A stretch of DNA of 64,000 nt from Patescibacteria group bacterium (GTDB lineage Bacteria; Patescibacteriota; Patescibacteriia; CAIXNZ01), in contig JBAZJU010000004.1 of the NCBI GenBank assembly GCA_041651155.1, forward strand, positions 39,427-103,426, written 5' to 3'. The notes below the pieces were generated by a model, which saw nothing but the letters and a program-made list of their open reading frames with translations, had not been told where the DNA came from and did no database searches. Shown here piece by piece: positions 34,916 through 44,834 of the stretch. The position numbers and the translations under genes are program-made. The first letter of the stretch is position 1; every line of letters starts with the position of its first letter.

Positions 34916-34945
34916 AAAACGTCCTATAGCTGGACGTTTTTTTCT
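34916..34945. terminator. Bidirectional terminator hairpin aacgtcc/ggacgtt with flanking A and T runs
   Basis: aaaaacgtcctatagctggacgttttttt. Confidence 0.5.
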
Positions 34946-34963
34946 CTAATATGTAAAAAGATT

Positions 34964-35260
34964 TTATAAAATTTGCGGAAAGGGCTCCATTGATAAGATT
35001 TTTTTAACATCTTCATCAGTAATTATTTTACGCTCTTTTAAAATGTCAACGAGAGCGCGTACTTTAGTATCTTCTTTACGCATGAGCACTGTTAGGTCGC
35101 CCCGCAAGTCAGCTAGTTTATCATCAAGATAATCTTTAGTGACCATTGTAGCTTCAATTTTATTAAGTCGCGACTCAACGCCGTCAAACCTTTTTTCAGT
35201 TTGATTAGCAAAATCATTTATTGACTCTAATATTTCTTGATTTGATACTTCTTTATTCAT
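34964..35260 (-). CDS. Hypothetical 98-aa coiled-coil protein inserted between duplicated radA 5' segments
   Basis: ORF with heptad-like charged sequence; no family recognised. Confidence 0.4.
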   Translation of the reverse strand: MNKEVSNQEILESINDFANQTEKRFDGVESRLNKIEATMVTKDYLDDKLADLRGDLTVLMRKEDTKVRALVDILKERKIITDEDVKKILSMEPFPQIL

Positions 35261-35332
35261 AGAAATTAAACTTATTTATAGTTTAATTATATATTGTAGG
35301 CACAATGGTGTCAAACAGCCGGATAGCGCTCA

Positions 35333-35398
35333 GTCCACTTAGGAAATTGGGCGCCGCACTTTGAGCAGGTGAAGATGGTTTGAGGTTGTTTGGACATA
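35333..35398 (-). pseudogene. Duplicated fragment of the radA 5' end (encodes MSKQPQTIFTCSKCGAQFPKWT... then a stop)
   Basis: About 93% identical to 34737-34803, the true radA start, in direct orientation about 530 bp away. Confidence 0.6.
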
Positions 35399-35435
35399 AA
35401 GGAAAAAGAATAAGAGTGGTTTTCCCTCTGATTTT

Positions 35436-37055
35436 TTAATTTGCTTCGCATTCTGCTTTATCAGCACATTTGCTAGCTCCAAAAAGAGCGCCAATGCAAC
35501 AATTAGATTGGCAAGCATATCTTGATAGAGGCCACGCTCCGCTTTCATAATCATTAACTACCCAGCCAAAGCATGCCGTACCATTCGGGGCTTTTGGCGT
35601 GCAGACTCCTGCCCCTGTGCAGCCATTGCCATCAGAAGCGATGCCAGAAAGAAAGTTATGGCAGGCACAAAATAATCCGGAAACACAATTAAGATTACTT
35701 GTGCAGACGGCACCTTTTTGGCCTTGGAAATCTTTTGGTGCGCATAAGGCTAAAGTGCCGCCAGAACAGTTTCCGCTTAAACATACTGCATTTGTCCCGC
35801 CGCCAAATATTCCTAACAGAGTGTTATATGTTGAGTCACCTAATACAAGTTCACTGCAATTTGCACCATTTTCCCTTTTTGGGAAACAAGAACCTTGTTG
35901 ATTTGCTCCTTTTGAAGCACAATACCAGTTTGCTTCGGGTTGGCATTTTGTGCTTGCATCACAGGTTAAAAGAGGTCCAATCTTTGTACAGCAGATTGGT
36001 TTAGATGTATCCAGGCAAACTCCTCCGTTAGAACTTGCTGTTAGGCCAGCGGCATCACCTTGTCCGCAAGCGCTAGCATAACATTGAGCCAAAGGATCTT
36101 TACCATTACATGTGCTGGCGAATGCTTGTTGAGCTGTGGGCACAGCAGCGCCTTGGCATTGATCAAAACTGACGATTTTACCTTTACAATCAGCCTGAGT
36201 GGAAAAATAAAAGTTTGTGCCGCTTTGGCAGCAATACTGGGCGGTTATTTGTTCAGGGGGTGTTATGGGTTGAAAGGTGATGGTGCCAGGACTAACGATT
36301 TGCAGAACAAAAATAGCAAAAAGTGAAATAAATAAGCCCAGCAAGGCTTTGATAATCGTGCTTTTGGCCTGGCCAATTTTACCGCTATCTCCGCCTGACA
36401 CGATCCAACGAACTCCGCCGATTATAATCATCACAATAGCAACGACGACAACAACCGAAGAGCCAAAAGTAAAAAGAGCTTTAATATAATCGCCAATAGT
36501 GGAGCCGGAAATGGTTAATTCTGATAAGTTGCTCAAAGGTATTTGGAGCTGTAATTTTATCGTTTCTGTCGCAACAGGCGGCGTGTAAGGTTGGATAGTC
36601 GTATCTGCTGCTGTACCTGCTGCGGGGTTTGTTGCTGGGCTAGTTGGCGTCAAGGGCTGGCAGCAATAATTATTTGGCGATTTATTATTGGCGCACCAGC
36701 TATCAAGGGTAAAGCCAGCTGTTCTATCTGGGCAGGTTTTTGATTCGCACTTATTGGGATCTGCGCAAGTTATTCCAGTAGTTTTAGGAACACAGCAATA
36801 TATCTCAAGCCCAGACTGGCAGTCAATACTATCAGCAACTGTTGGGGCAAGATCAGTTGTATCGCAAGCAGGCAAGGATTTGCAAGTACCTGTGGCTCCG
36901 GAAAGATTTTTACAGGTCGCCGCTAATACATTTTGAGGAAATAAGAATAATAAAGCCAGCAGGAATAAATATAAAAATCCCAGAATATTTTTTTTCATGA
37001 GGTTGGTATAAAATTTAATTTTAAAGGGGAGTGTTTTATTGGAGCTTGGCATCAA
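35436..37055 (-). CDS. Secreted cysteine-rich protein with a central two-helix membrane hairpin
   Basis: Signal peptide, two Cys-rich domains of about 30 Cys each, and an internal hydrophobic pair (VVVVVAIVMIIIGG...LLGLFISLFAIFVL). Confidence 0.55.
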   Translation of the reverse strand: MMPSSNKTLPFKIKFYTNLMKKNILGFLYLFLLALLFLFPQNVLAATCKNLSGATGTCKSLPACDTTDLAPTVADSIDCQSGLEIYCCVPKTTGITCADPNKCESKTCPDRTAGFTLDSWCANNKSPNNYCCQPLTPTSPATNPAAGTAADTTIQPYTPPVATETIKLQLQIPLSNLSELTISGSTIGDYIKALFTFGSSVVVVVAIVMIIIGGVRWIVSGGDSGKIGQAKSTIIKALLGLFISLFAIFVLQIVSPGTITFQPITPPEQITAQYCCQSGTNFYFSTQADCKGKIVSFDQCQGAAVPTAQQAFASTCNGKDPLAQCYASACGQGDAAGLTASSNGGVCLDTSKPICCTKIGPLLTCDASTKCQPEANWYCASKGANQQGSCFPKRENGANCSELVLGDSTYNTLLGIFGGGTNAVCLSGNCSGGTLALCAPKDFQGQKGAVCTSNLNCVSGLFCACHNFLSGIASDGNGCTGAGVCTPKAPNGTACFGWVVNDYESGAWPLSRYACQSNCCIGALFGASKCADKAECEAN

Positions 37056-37728
37056 TGATTTTTTTAAGCGTATCCACGTTTAGGTAGCCTTCAACTTTTT
37101 CATCATTGATATAAACAGTCGGGATGGAAACAATTTGTAAATTTATGGCGTCATTAATATTTTGAGTCAAGACCGGGTTGAATTTTTTAGCCTCATAGCA
37201 CTGGTTGAATTTTTCCAGATCCAGGCCTAATTGATTGGCATACTCGCGATAGATCTGTAAATTTAAGTTGTTAAGATTTTGAAAAATCAAATCTTTGTAG
37301 GGCCAAAATTTTCCTTGGTCGCTTGCGCAATAAGCAGCAGTCGTGGCATTTAGGTTTTCTGCCGTATTGGTGATGGGCAGGCTCTTATACACAAAAAGCA
37401 CCTTATTCCCGTATAATTTTTGTAATGAGGCTGAATTTTTTTCCCAGTCAGCGCAGGCCGGGCAGCCAAAATCAGTATATTCATAGACTGTGACCTTGGC
37501 GCCAGTTAGTCCAAGAGAAGGATCAAAACGATTAATTTGAGGTGAAACTCGAGTAAGCTCTTGCTGTTGCCCTTTATAATATTTATCCATCGTAGTTACT
37601 AAAGACCAGTAATTCCATGAATAGCCGACTATGATAAAAGAAAAAATAATTAAAACAATGACCGTAAAAATAATAAAATAAACAAAATAAAATTTGGTTG
37701 TAGTGAATTTACTTTTATCAAGAGGCAT
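37036..37728 (-). CDS. DsbA-like thioredoxin-fold oxidoreductase with N-terminal TM anchor
   Basis: CPAC active-site motif (DFGCPACADW) within a thioredoxin-like fold. Confidence 0.75.
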   Translation of the reverse strand: MPLDKSKFTTTKFYFVYFIIFTVIVLIIFSFIIVGYSWNYWSLVTTMDKYYKGQQQELTRVSPQINRFDPSLGLTGAKVTVYEYTDFGCPACADWEKNSASLQKLYGNKVLFVYKSLPITNTAENLNATTAAYCASDQGKFWPYKDLIFQNLNNLNLQIYREYANQLGLDLEKFNQCYEAKKFNPVLTQNINDAINLQIVSIPTVYINDEKVEGYLNVDTLKKIIDAKLQ

Positions 37729-37769
37729 AGCTTATTTTTAAAATAATTAGGGTTTTGTGCAAGGAAAAA

Positions 37770-39077
37770 TTATAAATCCATTTTTTTAATCTGGCCAGTA
37801 TTTTTTTCCAGCCAATAAAGGGTTTTGCCGTCAGTGCTGACAATCATTTTATCAATAGTAGTGGGAAATAGAGGCTGAGCTAGAAGTTGTTTAGCGCCTG
37901 TAGAAATATCTATTTTGTAAATATCATCAGGTGTTGAATTTGCCATATCTGGACTAAAGCCCGAGCCCATTTCCAAGGTGCGCGGTACGCCGCAGTAAAT
38001 AATATTTTCTGAAGAAAAAACACATTTATCTGCCCAGGTTTGCAGATCTAAATTATTGCGGCCTGTGCCAAGAATATCCGGACTTGAATTTACCACCCAA
38101 AGTTCGGGATTATAATTTGATTGGCTGTTAAATACGCTATAAACCAGCTTATTGCCGCTGGGCGTCCAGGCGAACCTTAAATCTCTGCCTTCTACAATCA
38201 GACTGGCGTAGTTTTCCCCGTTCAAACCAATAGGCAAAACTTCAGAACGGTCGCCATCTAATGGTGAACGTGCCAGGGCGACGTATGAATTATTTGGCGA
38301 CCAGGTTGTATAAACATATTCATCCTCCTCTCCCAGGCGCTCAATTTCCTTATAATTGCCGCCGTTAGAATCAGCTATTGCCAGAAATCTATTTTCGGGG
38401 TCTACGCGCATATCTTTAAAAGCGATTTTTGTCGAGTCGGGAGAAAATACAAAGTCTTTCCAATGGCTAGGCAGAGTTACTGATTTATTTTGGTTAAAAT
38501 CATAAATTAATTTTGAGCCATCAGGATATTCTAAAATTGCTTTTTGCTTATTAGGTGCAAAGATGGCGTTGGACACATTTTTGAAAATCTGGTCTGAAAA
38601 AAATTGTTTCTGTCCATCAGGCGTTAAGTCATAAAAATAACCAGTAGTTGAATCATAATAAATTAAATCTTTGCCATTTGTCGCTAAAGCAGGACTTTTG
38701 GCAGGGGTATTAATTAAAGTTTGGAATGAGGTGATGCCGCCATTGGCTTGATAGGCAATCGCTGGCGTAGATGGGCCGCTAGGCGTTAAAGGAAGACTAG
38801 GAATTTCCGGGCGTAAACCGGGCGGGATGCTGACAGTAGGAGGAATATTTAAATTTAGCGCAGGGGGAATTGTAGGCAAGCCTATGGTGGAAGGAGGCGT
38901 AACAATTGGCCCAGTGATTGTTGGAGGAGAAATGATTGGCCTAAAAAATAAATAATATATAGCTAGAGCTAATAGCAGAGTAACAACTACAAAAAGAATT
39001 ACGAGTAATATTTTTTTTGTGCGGTCAGACATAATATTTTTTTTAAAATTAAATAATTTAAGAGATAATGCCGACAA
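37770..39077 (-). CDS. Membrane-anchored beta-propeller protein (TolB/WD40-like) with Pro-rich linker
   Basis: N-terminal TM segment, a PPxxxP-rich segment, and repeated beta-propeller-like blades (YSPD, WSPN, FSSE segments). Confidence 0.45.
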   Translation of the reverse strand: MSALSLKLFNFKKNIMSDRTKKILLVILFVVVTLLLALAIYYLFFRPIISPPTITGPIVTPPSTIGLPTIPPALNLNIPPTVSIPPGLRPEIPSLPLTPSGPSTPAIAYQANGGITSFQTLINTPAKSPALATNGKDLIYYDSTTGYFYDLTPDGQKQFFSDQIFKNVSNAIFAPNKQKAILEYPDGSKLIYDFNQNKSVTLPSHWKDFVFSPDSTKIAFKDMRVDPENRFLAIADSNGGNYKEIERLGEEDEYVYTTWSPNNSYVALARSPLDGDRSEVLPIGLNGENYASLIVEGRDLRFAWTPSGNKLVYSVFNSQSNYNPELWVVNSSPDILGTGRNNLDLQTWADKCVFSSENIIYCGVPRTLEMGSGFSPDMANSTPDDIYKIDISTGAKQLLAQPLFPTTIDKMIVSTDGKTLYWLEKNTGQIKKMDL

Positions 39078-39516
39078 CTATTAAAGCCGGTGTAAATATT
39101 ATAATTAAGGCGAATAAAACCAAAATGATTAAGATGAAATCTAAAAGGAAAAGAGCGATAATTTCAAACCATTTTGGCGCGCCTCCGCCTTTTCCCGGCA
39201 TGGCCTCGCTGGCTGTTTTTGGCAGCCATTCTTCTCCGAAATCACTAAATAGATTTGAACCCGCAATATATTTGCCTAAAAAATGAAAATTAATATAGAT
39301 AAGCGTCAAACCAAAAGAATCAATCAGGTTTAACCAGGAAAATTTTAAGGCTTGAGCTGTAAATTTAGCGCCCACTTTTGAAACTGGAGATTCTGCATTT
39401 TCCTGAGTCTGATTTTGTCTCATTGCTATTAATTGTCGCTTGCGCAGCTGCAACGCTCTAGCAGTTTCGGCATTATTTTTATTCTCTGATTCTTGTTTCT
39501 GAGTTTGAGCACACAT
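39058..39516 (-). CDS. Hypothetical membrane protein
   Basis: 152 aa with a C-terminal TM pair. Confidence 0.35.
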   Translation of the reverse strand: MCAQTQKQESENKNNAETARALQLRKRQLIAMRQNQTQENAESPVSKVGAKFTAQALKFSWLNLIDSFGLTLIYINFHFLGKYIAGSNLFSDFGEEWLPKTASEAMPGKGGGAPKWFEIIALFLLDFILIILVLFALIIIFTPALIVVGIIS

Positions 39517-39535
39517 AATTCAAGACCTTATCTCA

Positions 39536-40321
39536 TTAAATATTTTTAAGTTTTTTCAAGTCCAGGTAAATGGCAAAAAGATAAGCAAAACTAAGATAAA
39601 TCATTAGGAGCAGGATAAAAGCACTGATAATTACGCCAATATATTGCAGTTTTAGAACAACCGTTGAGAGGCTGTTTAATATTAGTAAAACAAGAACCAA
39701 AATTAGGATTTTAAATAAAATATTTCTAAAAAATCCGCTAGCAAGAAGAAAAGATTTTTTTAATGATTCTAGCCAGGACAATTTTTTATCTAAAAGAATA
39801 AAAGGCGAAAAAATTAAATAGCTAGAAAAGAATAAAATTATAATTGCGCCAAATAAAAGGCAGGCAATGCCCAGCCAAGTATTTCCCGTTAATAAAAGAA
39901 AAAGTCCTACATAGAGGGGCAAAGAAAAAAGCAGTAAAGCCAGGTTTAAAATAACATTTAAACAAAGCCAGTCCCAAAATAAGTTAAAAAAGGCTCCGAT
40001 GTTTTCTCTCAATTTTATTAGGGGATTTAAAAGGTAATTGATAATTAAAAATTGAGCTAAGAGAGTAAGCAAAAAGAAAACCACAAAAGAAATTATTGTC
40101 CAGCCGAGATTAAAGGTTAAAAAATAGGATGGCTGGATCAGATTCAACATTATGCAAAGTTGCCAGATTACCCACAAAATAATTAAAATGGCGATTATTA
40201 AACCCGTGATAAAAATTATAATTGACAAAAGATTAAGCCAATTTTTTCTAATAATTTCCCAAGTATTTTGCCATATTTTAATCACGGCAAGAGGTTTTTG
40301 TTTTAAAACAGGATTGTCCAT
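39536..40321 (-). CDS. Hypothetical polytopic membrane protein
   Basis: 261 aa with 6-7 hydrophobic helices. Confidence 0.4.
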   Translation of the reverse strand: MDNPVLKQKPLAVIKIWQNTWEIIRKNWLNLLSIIIFITGLIIAILIILWVIWQLCIMLNLIQPSYFLTFNLGWTIISFVVFFLLTLLAQFLIINYLLNPLIKLRENIGAFFNLFWDWLCLNVILNLALLLFSLPLYVGLFLLLTGNTWLGIACLLFGAIIILFFSSYLIFSPFILLDKKLSWLESLKKSFLLASGFFRNILFKILILVLVLLILNSLSTVVLKLQYIGVIISAFILLLMIYLSFAYLFAIYLDLKKLKNI

Positions 40322-40362
40322 TTTATTTTTTTAATTTTTTAATTTTATATAATTTTATTTTT

Positions 40363-41298
40363 TTAAGCCATCTGCCTAAGACTGGCAATGCGTTCTTCAA
40401 TCGGCGGATGAGTGGAGAAGAGGGAACTTAAAAATCTTTTAGTCTGGCCAAAAGGATTGGCAATATAGAGATGCGCAGTGGCATTATTGGCTTTTTTCAA
40501 AGGTTCTTGATTAACTTGTGAAATTTTTGCCAGGGCGCTGGCCAGGCCTTCAGGATATCTCGTTAATAAAGCGCCGTCTGCGTCTGCCAGAAATTCTCTT
40601 TTGCGCGAAATAGCCAGCTGAATAATCTGGGCAATTAAAGGCGAGAGAATTGCCAGCGCAATGCCAACTATTAATAAAATCAAGCCCAGCTGGCTGTCTC
40701 TATCCCGATTGCCGTTTTTGCGCCAGAAAAAGCCGCGCATTAACCAATCAGAAACTAAAGCAATGATGCCGACTAAAACAATGATGACCATCATCAGGCG
40801 AGTATCGTAATTTTTTACATGCGAGAGTTCATGGGCGACAACTCCTTCTAATTCTAAATTATCTAGTTTATCCAAGGCGCCTGTGGTAATCGCCATAGAT
40901 GAGTGCTGCGGATCTCGTCCTGTGGCAAAGGCATTGATATCAGGATCATTGATTATATAAATCTGGGGCATGGGCAACCCGGCAGTAATGCATAAATTTT
41001 CCACTAACCTGTAAAGATCAAGATTTTCTTCTTTTGTAACTGGCTTAGCACCGGCTGTGGCCAGCGCAACTTTATCCCCGGCAAAATAGCTTAGGCTGGT
41101 CATAATTAAGGAAATGATGATTGCAATCGCTAAGCCAAAATAGCCGCTTTGGGAGATTTGTCCATATAGCCAGCCAATAAACAAGACAAATATTATAAAT
41201 ATCGTAATTAAAATGATTGTTTTTCTTTTGTTTGAATCTATTTGGTTATACATTTTGGCTTTATGGCTTACGGCCAATGGCAATGAAGCATTGGCCAT
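40363..41298 (-). CDS. htpX: HtpX-like M48 zinc metalloprotease
   Basis: HELSHVKN HExxH motif flanked by TM helices; 311 aa. Confidence 0.85.
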   Translation of the reverse strand: MANASLPLAVSHKAKMYNQIDSNKRKTIILITIFIIFVLFIGWLYGQISQSGYFGLAIAIIISLIMTSLSYFAGDKVALATAGAKPVTKEENLDLYRLVENLCITAGLPMPQIYIINDPDINAFATGRDPQHSSMAITTGALDKLDNLELEGVVAHELSHVKNYDTRLMMVIIVLVGIIALVSDWLMRGFFWRKNGNRDRDSQLGLILLIVGIALAILSPLIAQIIQLAISRKREFLADADGALLTRYPEGLASALAKISQVNQEPLKKANNATAHLYIANPFGQTKRFLSSLFSTHPPIEERIASLRQMA

Positions 41299-41318
41299 CC
41301 AGCCAATTTTTGGCGAAG

Positions 41319-41885
41319 TTAGAATTTAACCGCTGGCGCCATTTTTTCTTGTTCATTTTCCACCTGGAAAAATTCATAAGCTTTGAAGCCCAGCATGCCC
41401 GCCACCATATTATTTGGGAAGACCTGAATTTTGATATTAAAATCCCGGACATTGCCATTGTAAAAGCGGCGCGAAGCCTGGATTTTATTTTCAGTGTCTG
41501 ATAATTCACCCTGCAATTGTAAAAAATTCGTGCTGGCTTTAAGGTCTGGATAATTTTCAGCCACGGCAAATAATGATTTAAGAGTTTGGCTTAGCATGTT
41601 TTCCGCCTTGCCTTTTTCATCTAAAGACTTGGCTTGCATGGCAGAAGAGCGCGCTTCTGTTACTTTGGTAAAAACTTCTTTTTCATGGCCGGCATAAGCT
41701 TTAACAGTTTCAACTAAATTGGGGATAAGATCATATCTTCTTTTTAATTGCACATCAATGTCTGACCAGGCTTCATCAACGCGATTTTTACTTTTAACCA
41801 GGCCATTATAGACGGCAATTAACCAAAGAATTATTGCGCCGATAATGATAATTACAATAATCCAAAGTGGCATAGATTTTTGCAT
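41319..41885 (-). CDS. lemA: LemA family protein
   Basis: N-terminal TM segment and LemA-typical motifs (NRVDEAWSDIDVQLKRRYDLIPNLVETVK). Confidence 0.85.
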   Translation of the reverse strand: MQKSMPLWIIVIIIIGAIILWLIAVYNGLVKSKNRVDEAWSDIDVQLKRRYDLIPNLVETVKAYAGHEKEVFTKVTEARSSAMQAKSLDEKGKAENMLSQTLKSLFAVAENYPDLKASTNFLQLQGELSDTENKIQASRRFYNGNVRDFNIKIQVFPNNMVAGMLGFKAYEFFQVENEQEKMAPAVKF

Positions 41886-42020
41886 TAATTAATTAAATTT
41901 TATATACTAAAAACAGTATATGTTGTGCTTTAATTATAAAGAAAAATAAGCATTCTGTCAAAAGAAATTCAATTAATTTATATAAGCTCAAACAAGTTTA
42001 ATAAATTAGCTCTAAAAATT

Positions 42021-43205
42021 ATGAAATTTTCTTTAATGTTAGTAAAAAAGAGGCTAGGGATGCTTATTTTTTTTATAGCTGGTTTTTTGTTAATTGGCAG
42101 CGCCTGCTTGGCACAAACAGCAAATACTCCGATGAATAAGGATGTTTTTTTGCCTAACAATATAGTTATTTCTGATATCTACTTTACAGCTGGCCAAAAT
42201 GTTAATCTCAATGCGCAAATGAAAGATGATGTGTATGTCGCTGGCGTGAATGTTGAGATTTCCGGCCCGGTTGATGGAGATGTGATTGTGGCTGGTTCAA
42301 ATGTGGTAATTAATTCTGAAATTAAAGGTAATTTGAGAGTAGTCGGAGGAACAATTTTGATCAATGGTAAAATTGCGAAAAATGTCACTGTCGCAGGCGG
42401 CATGGTAACCATATCTGAGTCTGCAGAAATTGGCCAAAATCTGATAATTGGCGCTGGTAATGCTCAGATAAAAGGCAAAATTAATAAGAATTTATATGGT
42501 GGAGCAGGCAATTTGACGATAGATAGTGAAGTTTTAGGCAGCGCTTATTTAAAAATTGATCCAGAAGGCAGCCTGATTCTATATCCTAGCGCTAATATCC
42601 ATGGCAATTTAGAATATACAGCCACAAAGACAGCCGATATCATGGCCGGTGCCCAGATCCAAAATGAAGAAAAATTCAGCCAATGGCCGCAAGCGCCAAA
42701 AAGTGTTGAACCAAAATCCAAATTTACGATTTGGTTTCTGACCTGGTGGCTGGCTGGCTTATTCGGGACTTTGGTTGTAGGTTTGGTTGTGATATTTATC
42801 TTTAAAAATCAGACGTTAAAAGTTGAAAAGAAAATGTCCGGCAATATCTTTATGTCTATTTTAAAAGGTTTGGTATATTTAATTGTAACACCGCTGGCTT
42901 TGATACTATTAGGCATTACTATGATTGGACTGCCCTTAGCTTTAATTCTCGGAGCTCTCTATTTAATTTTGCTTTATTTAGCCATTATTTTTGTGGCAAT
43001 TTTTATTGGTGAAAAAATCCTGCGTCTATTTTTTAAACATCAAGAGATTCCCTTAATTTGGCCCATGATTGTAGGCACTTTAGCCATTTTTATTTTAATT
43101 GCCTTGCCTTTAGTCGGCTGGCTAATAAAATTAATTGCAATTTTGTGGGGACTGGGAGTTTTGATGACAATTATTAAAAGTGAACTTAAATTAGAAAACA
43201 CATAA
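42021..43205 (+). CDS. Bactofilin-like (beta-helical polymer-forming repeat) protein with C-terminal multi-TM domain
   Basis: Signal peptide, tandem V/I-x-V-x-G repeats (VYVAGVNVEISGPVDGDVIVAGSNVVIN...), then 4-5 TM helices. Confidence 0.5.
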   Translation: MKFSLMLVKKRLGMLIFFIAGFLLIGSACLAQTANTPMNKDVFLPNNIVISDIYFTAGQNVNLNAQMKDDVYVAGVNVEISGPVDGDVIVAGSNVVINSEIKGNLRVVGGTILINGKIAKNVTVAGGMVTISESAEIGQNLIIGAGNAQIKGKINKNLYGGAGNLTIDSEVLGSAYLKIDPEGSLILYPSANIHGNLEYTATKTADIMAGAQIQNEEKFSQWPQAPKSVEPKSKFTIWFLTWWLAGLFGTLVVGLVVIFIFKNQTLKVEKKMSGNIFMSILKGLVYLIVTPLALILLGITMIGLPLALILGALYLILLYLAIIFVAIFIGEKILRLFFKHQEIPLIWPMIVGTLAIFILIALPLVGWLIKLIAILWGLGVLMTIIKSELKLENT

Positions 43206-43320
43206 GGAATGACAAAATTAAAATGACAAAAAACAAAATAAATTCAAAATATAAAATCCAAATAACAAAATTTTTGATTTAGTTATTTTGATTTTGGTAT
43301 TATTTTGTAATTTGCCTTCG

Positions 43321-43354
43321 CAAACCGTAGTTTGCTAAGGCAAACGAAGGTTTG
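43321..43354 (+). repeat. REP-like structured palindromic element, instance 3 (caaacc-GTAG-tttgc-taag-gcaaa-CGAA-ggtttg), 30 nt upstream of the pmm/pgm start
   Basis: The upstream gccttcg (43314-43320) can alternatively pair with cgaaggc. Confidence 0.5.
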
Positions 43355-43384
43355 AGCTTTGTCATTTGTTATTAAAATAATTTT

Positions 43385-44728
43385 ATGGTATTTAATCCCA
43401 ATATTTTCAAAGCATATGATGTGCGCGGCATTTATCCCGACGAGATTAACGAAGAGGCTGTTTATCAAATTGCCCAGGCATATGTAAAAGTTTTTAAGCC
43501 AAAAGGAGCCATAGTCTTAGGCAAAGACGTGCGTTTATCATCACCAAGTTTATGGCAGTCTGCAGCCAAAGGCATTACCAATGCAGGCTTTGATGTGATT
43601 GATATTGGCACAATCTCCACAGATATGCTGTATTTTGCGGTTGCTAATTATGATTATGCCGGTGGCATGACTATTTCAGCTTCGCATAATCCCAAGGAAT
43701 ATAATGGGATAAAATTTGTCAGGGAAAAGGCAATTGCGATTTCCGCAGATACTGGCTTGGAGGATATTAAGAAAGAAGTTTTGAAAGGTGAAGAAATCAT
43801 GGAACCAGAGAAAGGCGATATTATTGCAAAAGAAATTTTGTCCGATTACGTAAAACATTGTTTGTCATTTATTGAGCCCGAAGTTATTAAGCCAATGAAA
43901 ATCGTGGCTAATGCTAATTTTGGCATGGCTGGCGTGGCAGTAAATAAAATTTTAGAGTTTTTACCAATAGAAATTGTGCCCTTGAATTTCCAGCCTGATG
44001 GCAGTTTCCCCAAAGGCAAACCAGATCCTTTGATCCCTGAAAATCGCCGGGAAACAGAGGCTTTGGTCAGGAGTGAAAAAGCCAATTTAGGCGTGGCGTG
44101 GGATGGCGATGCGGATCGCTGTTTTATTTTTGATGAAAACGGTGAATTTGTTGATGGTTATTTTTTAACTGCAATTTTGGCCGATTATTTTTTAAAAAAG
44201 AAGCCAAAAAGTAAAATTATCAGCGACCCGCGTTTAGTTTGGGCGATAGCTGAGACTGTTAAAGCTGACAATGGCAGCCTTATAATTAATAAACCGGGCC
44301 ATGCTTTTATCAAAGATCGCATGCGAAAGGAGGATGCTTTATTTGCCGGTGAAACTTCAGGCCACTATTTTTTTCGTGATAATTTTTATTGTGATAATGG
44401 CATGATCCCATTGCTTATAATATTAGAAGAATTGAGTAAAAAGGGAATTAAAATGTCTGATTTGGCCAGGCCATACCGCGAGAAATATTTTATTTCCGGA
44501 GAGCTAAATCAGGCTGTCAATGACCCAGATGCGGTTTTAAAAAATGCTGAAGAAAAATATTCTAAAGGCAGAATTGAACATATTGATGGCGTGTCTGTGG
44601 AATTTGAGGATTGGCGTTTTAATTTACGAAAATCAAATACTGAACCTTTGATTCGTTTGAATGTGGAAGCAAAGACGCAGGAATTGGTTGATGAGAAGGT
44701 TAAGGAATTGATGGAATTGATTAGATAA
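43385..44728 (+). CDS. Phosphomannomutase/phosphoglucomutase (alpha-D-phosphohexomutase)
   Basis: Active-site TISASHNP, metal-binding DGDADR, 447 aa. Confidence 0.85.
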   Translation: MVFNPNIFKAYDVRGIYPDEINEEAVYQIAQAYVKVFKPKGAIVLGKDVRLSSPSLWQSAAKGITNAGFDVIDIGTISTDMLYFAVANYDYAGGMTISASHNPKEYNGIKFVREKAIAISADTGLEDIKKEVLKGEEIMEPEKGDIIAKEILSDYVKHCLSFIEPEVIKPMKIVANANFGMAGVAVNKILEFLPIEIVPLNFQPDGSFPKGKPDPLIPENRRETEALVRSEKANLGVAWDGDADRCFIFDENGEFVDGYFLTAILADYFLKKKPKSKIISDPRLVWAIAETVKADNGSLIINKPGHAFIKDRMRKEDALFAGETSGHYFFRDNFYCDNGMIPLLIILEELSKKGIKMSDLARPYREKYFISGELNQAVNDPDAVLKNAEEKYSKGRIEHIDGVSVEFEDWRFNLRKSNTEPLIRLNVEAKTQELVDEKVKELMELIR

Positions 44729-44834
44729 ATTTAAAGTTCAAAGTTCAAAGTTTAAAAATGCATTTTAAAATTAAAAATTTCGGATTTTGATATGTAATTT
44801 TGTATTTTGAATTTTAAATTTTGAATTTATTATT

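Noticed and set aside
35599-36936. Plus-strand ORFs 35599-35901, 35699-36004, 36060-36326, 36277-36489 and 36688-36936
   Set aside because: They are antisense to the 539-aa Cys-rich gene, whose Cys-codon-rich sequence leaves an open reverse frame. They have no start or RBS context.
41217-41569. ORFs 41217-41501 (plus) and 41261-41569 (minus) overlapping htpX and lemA
   Set aside because: They overlap well-supported conserved genes and have no independent signals.
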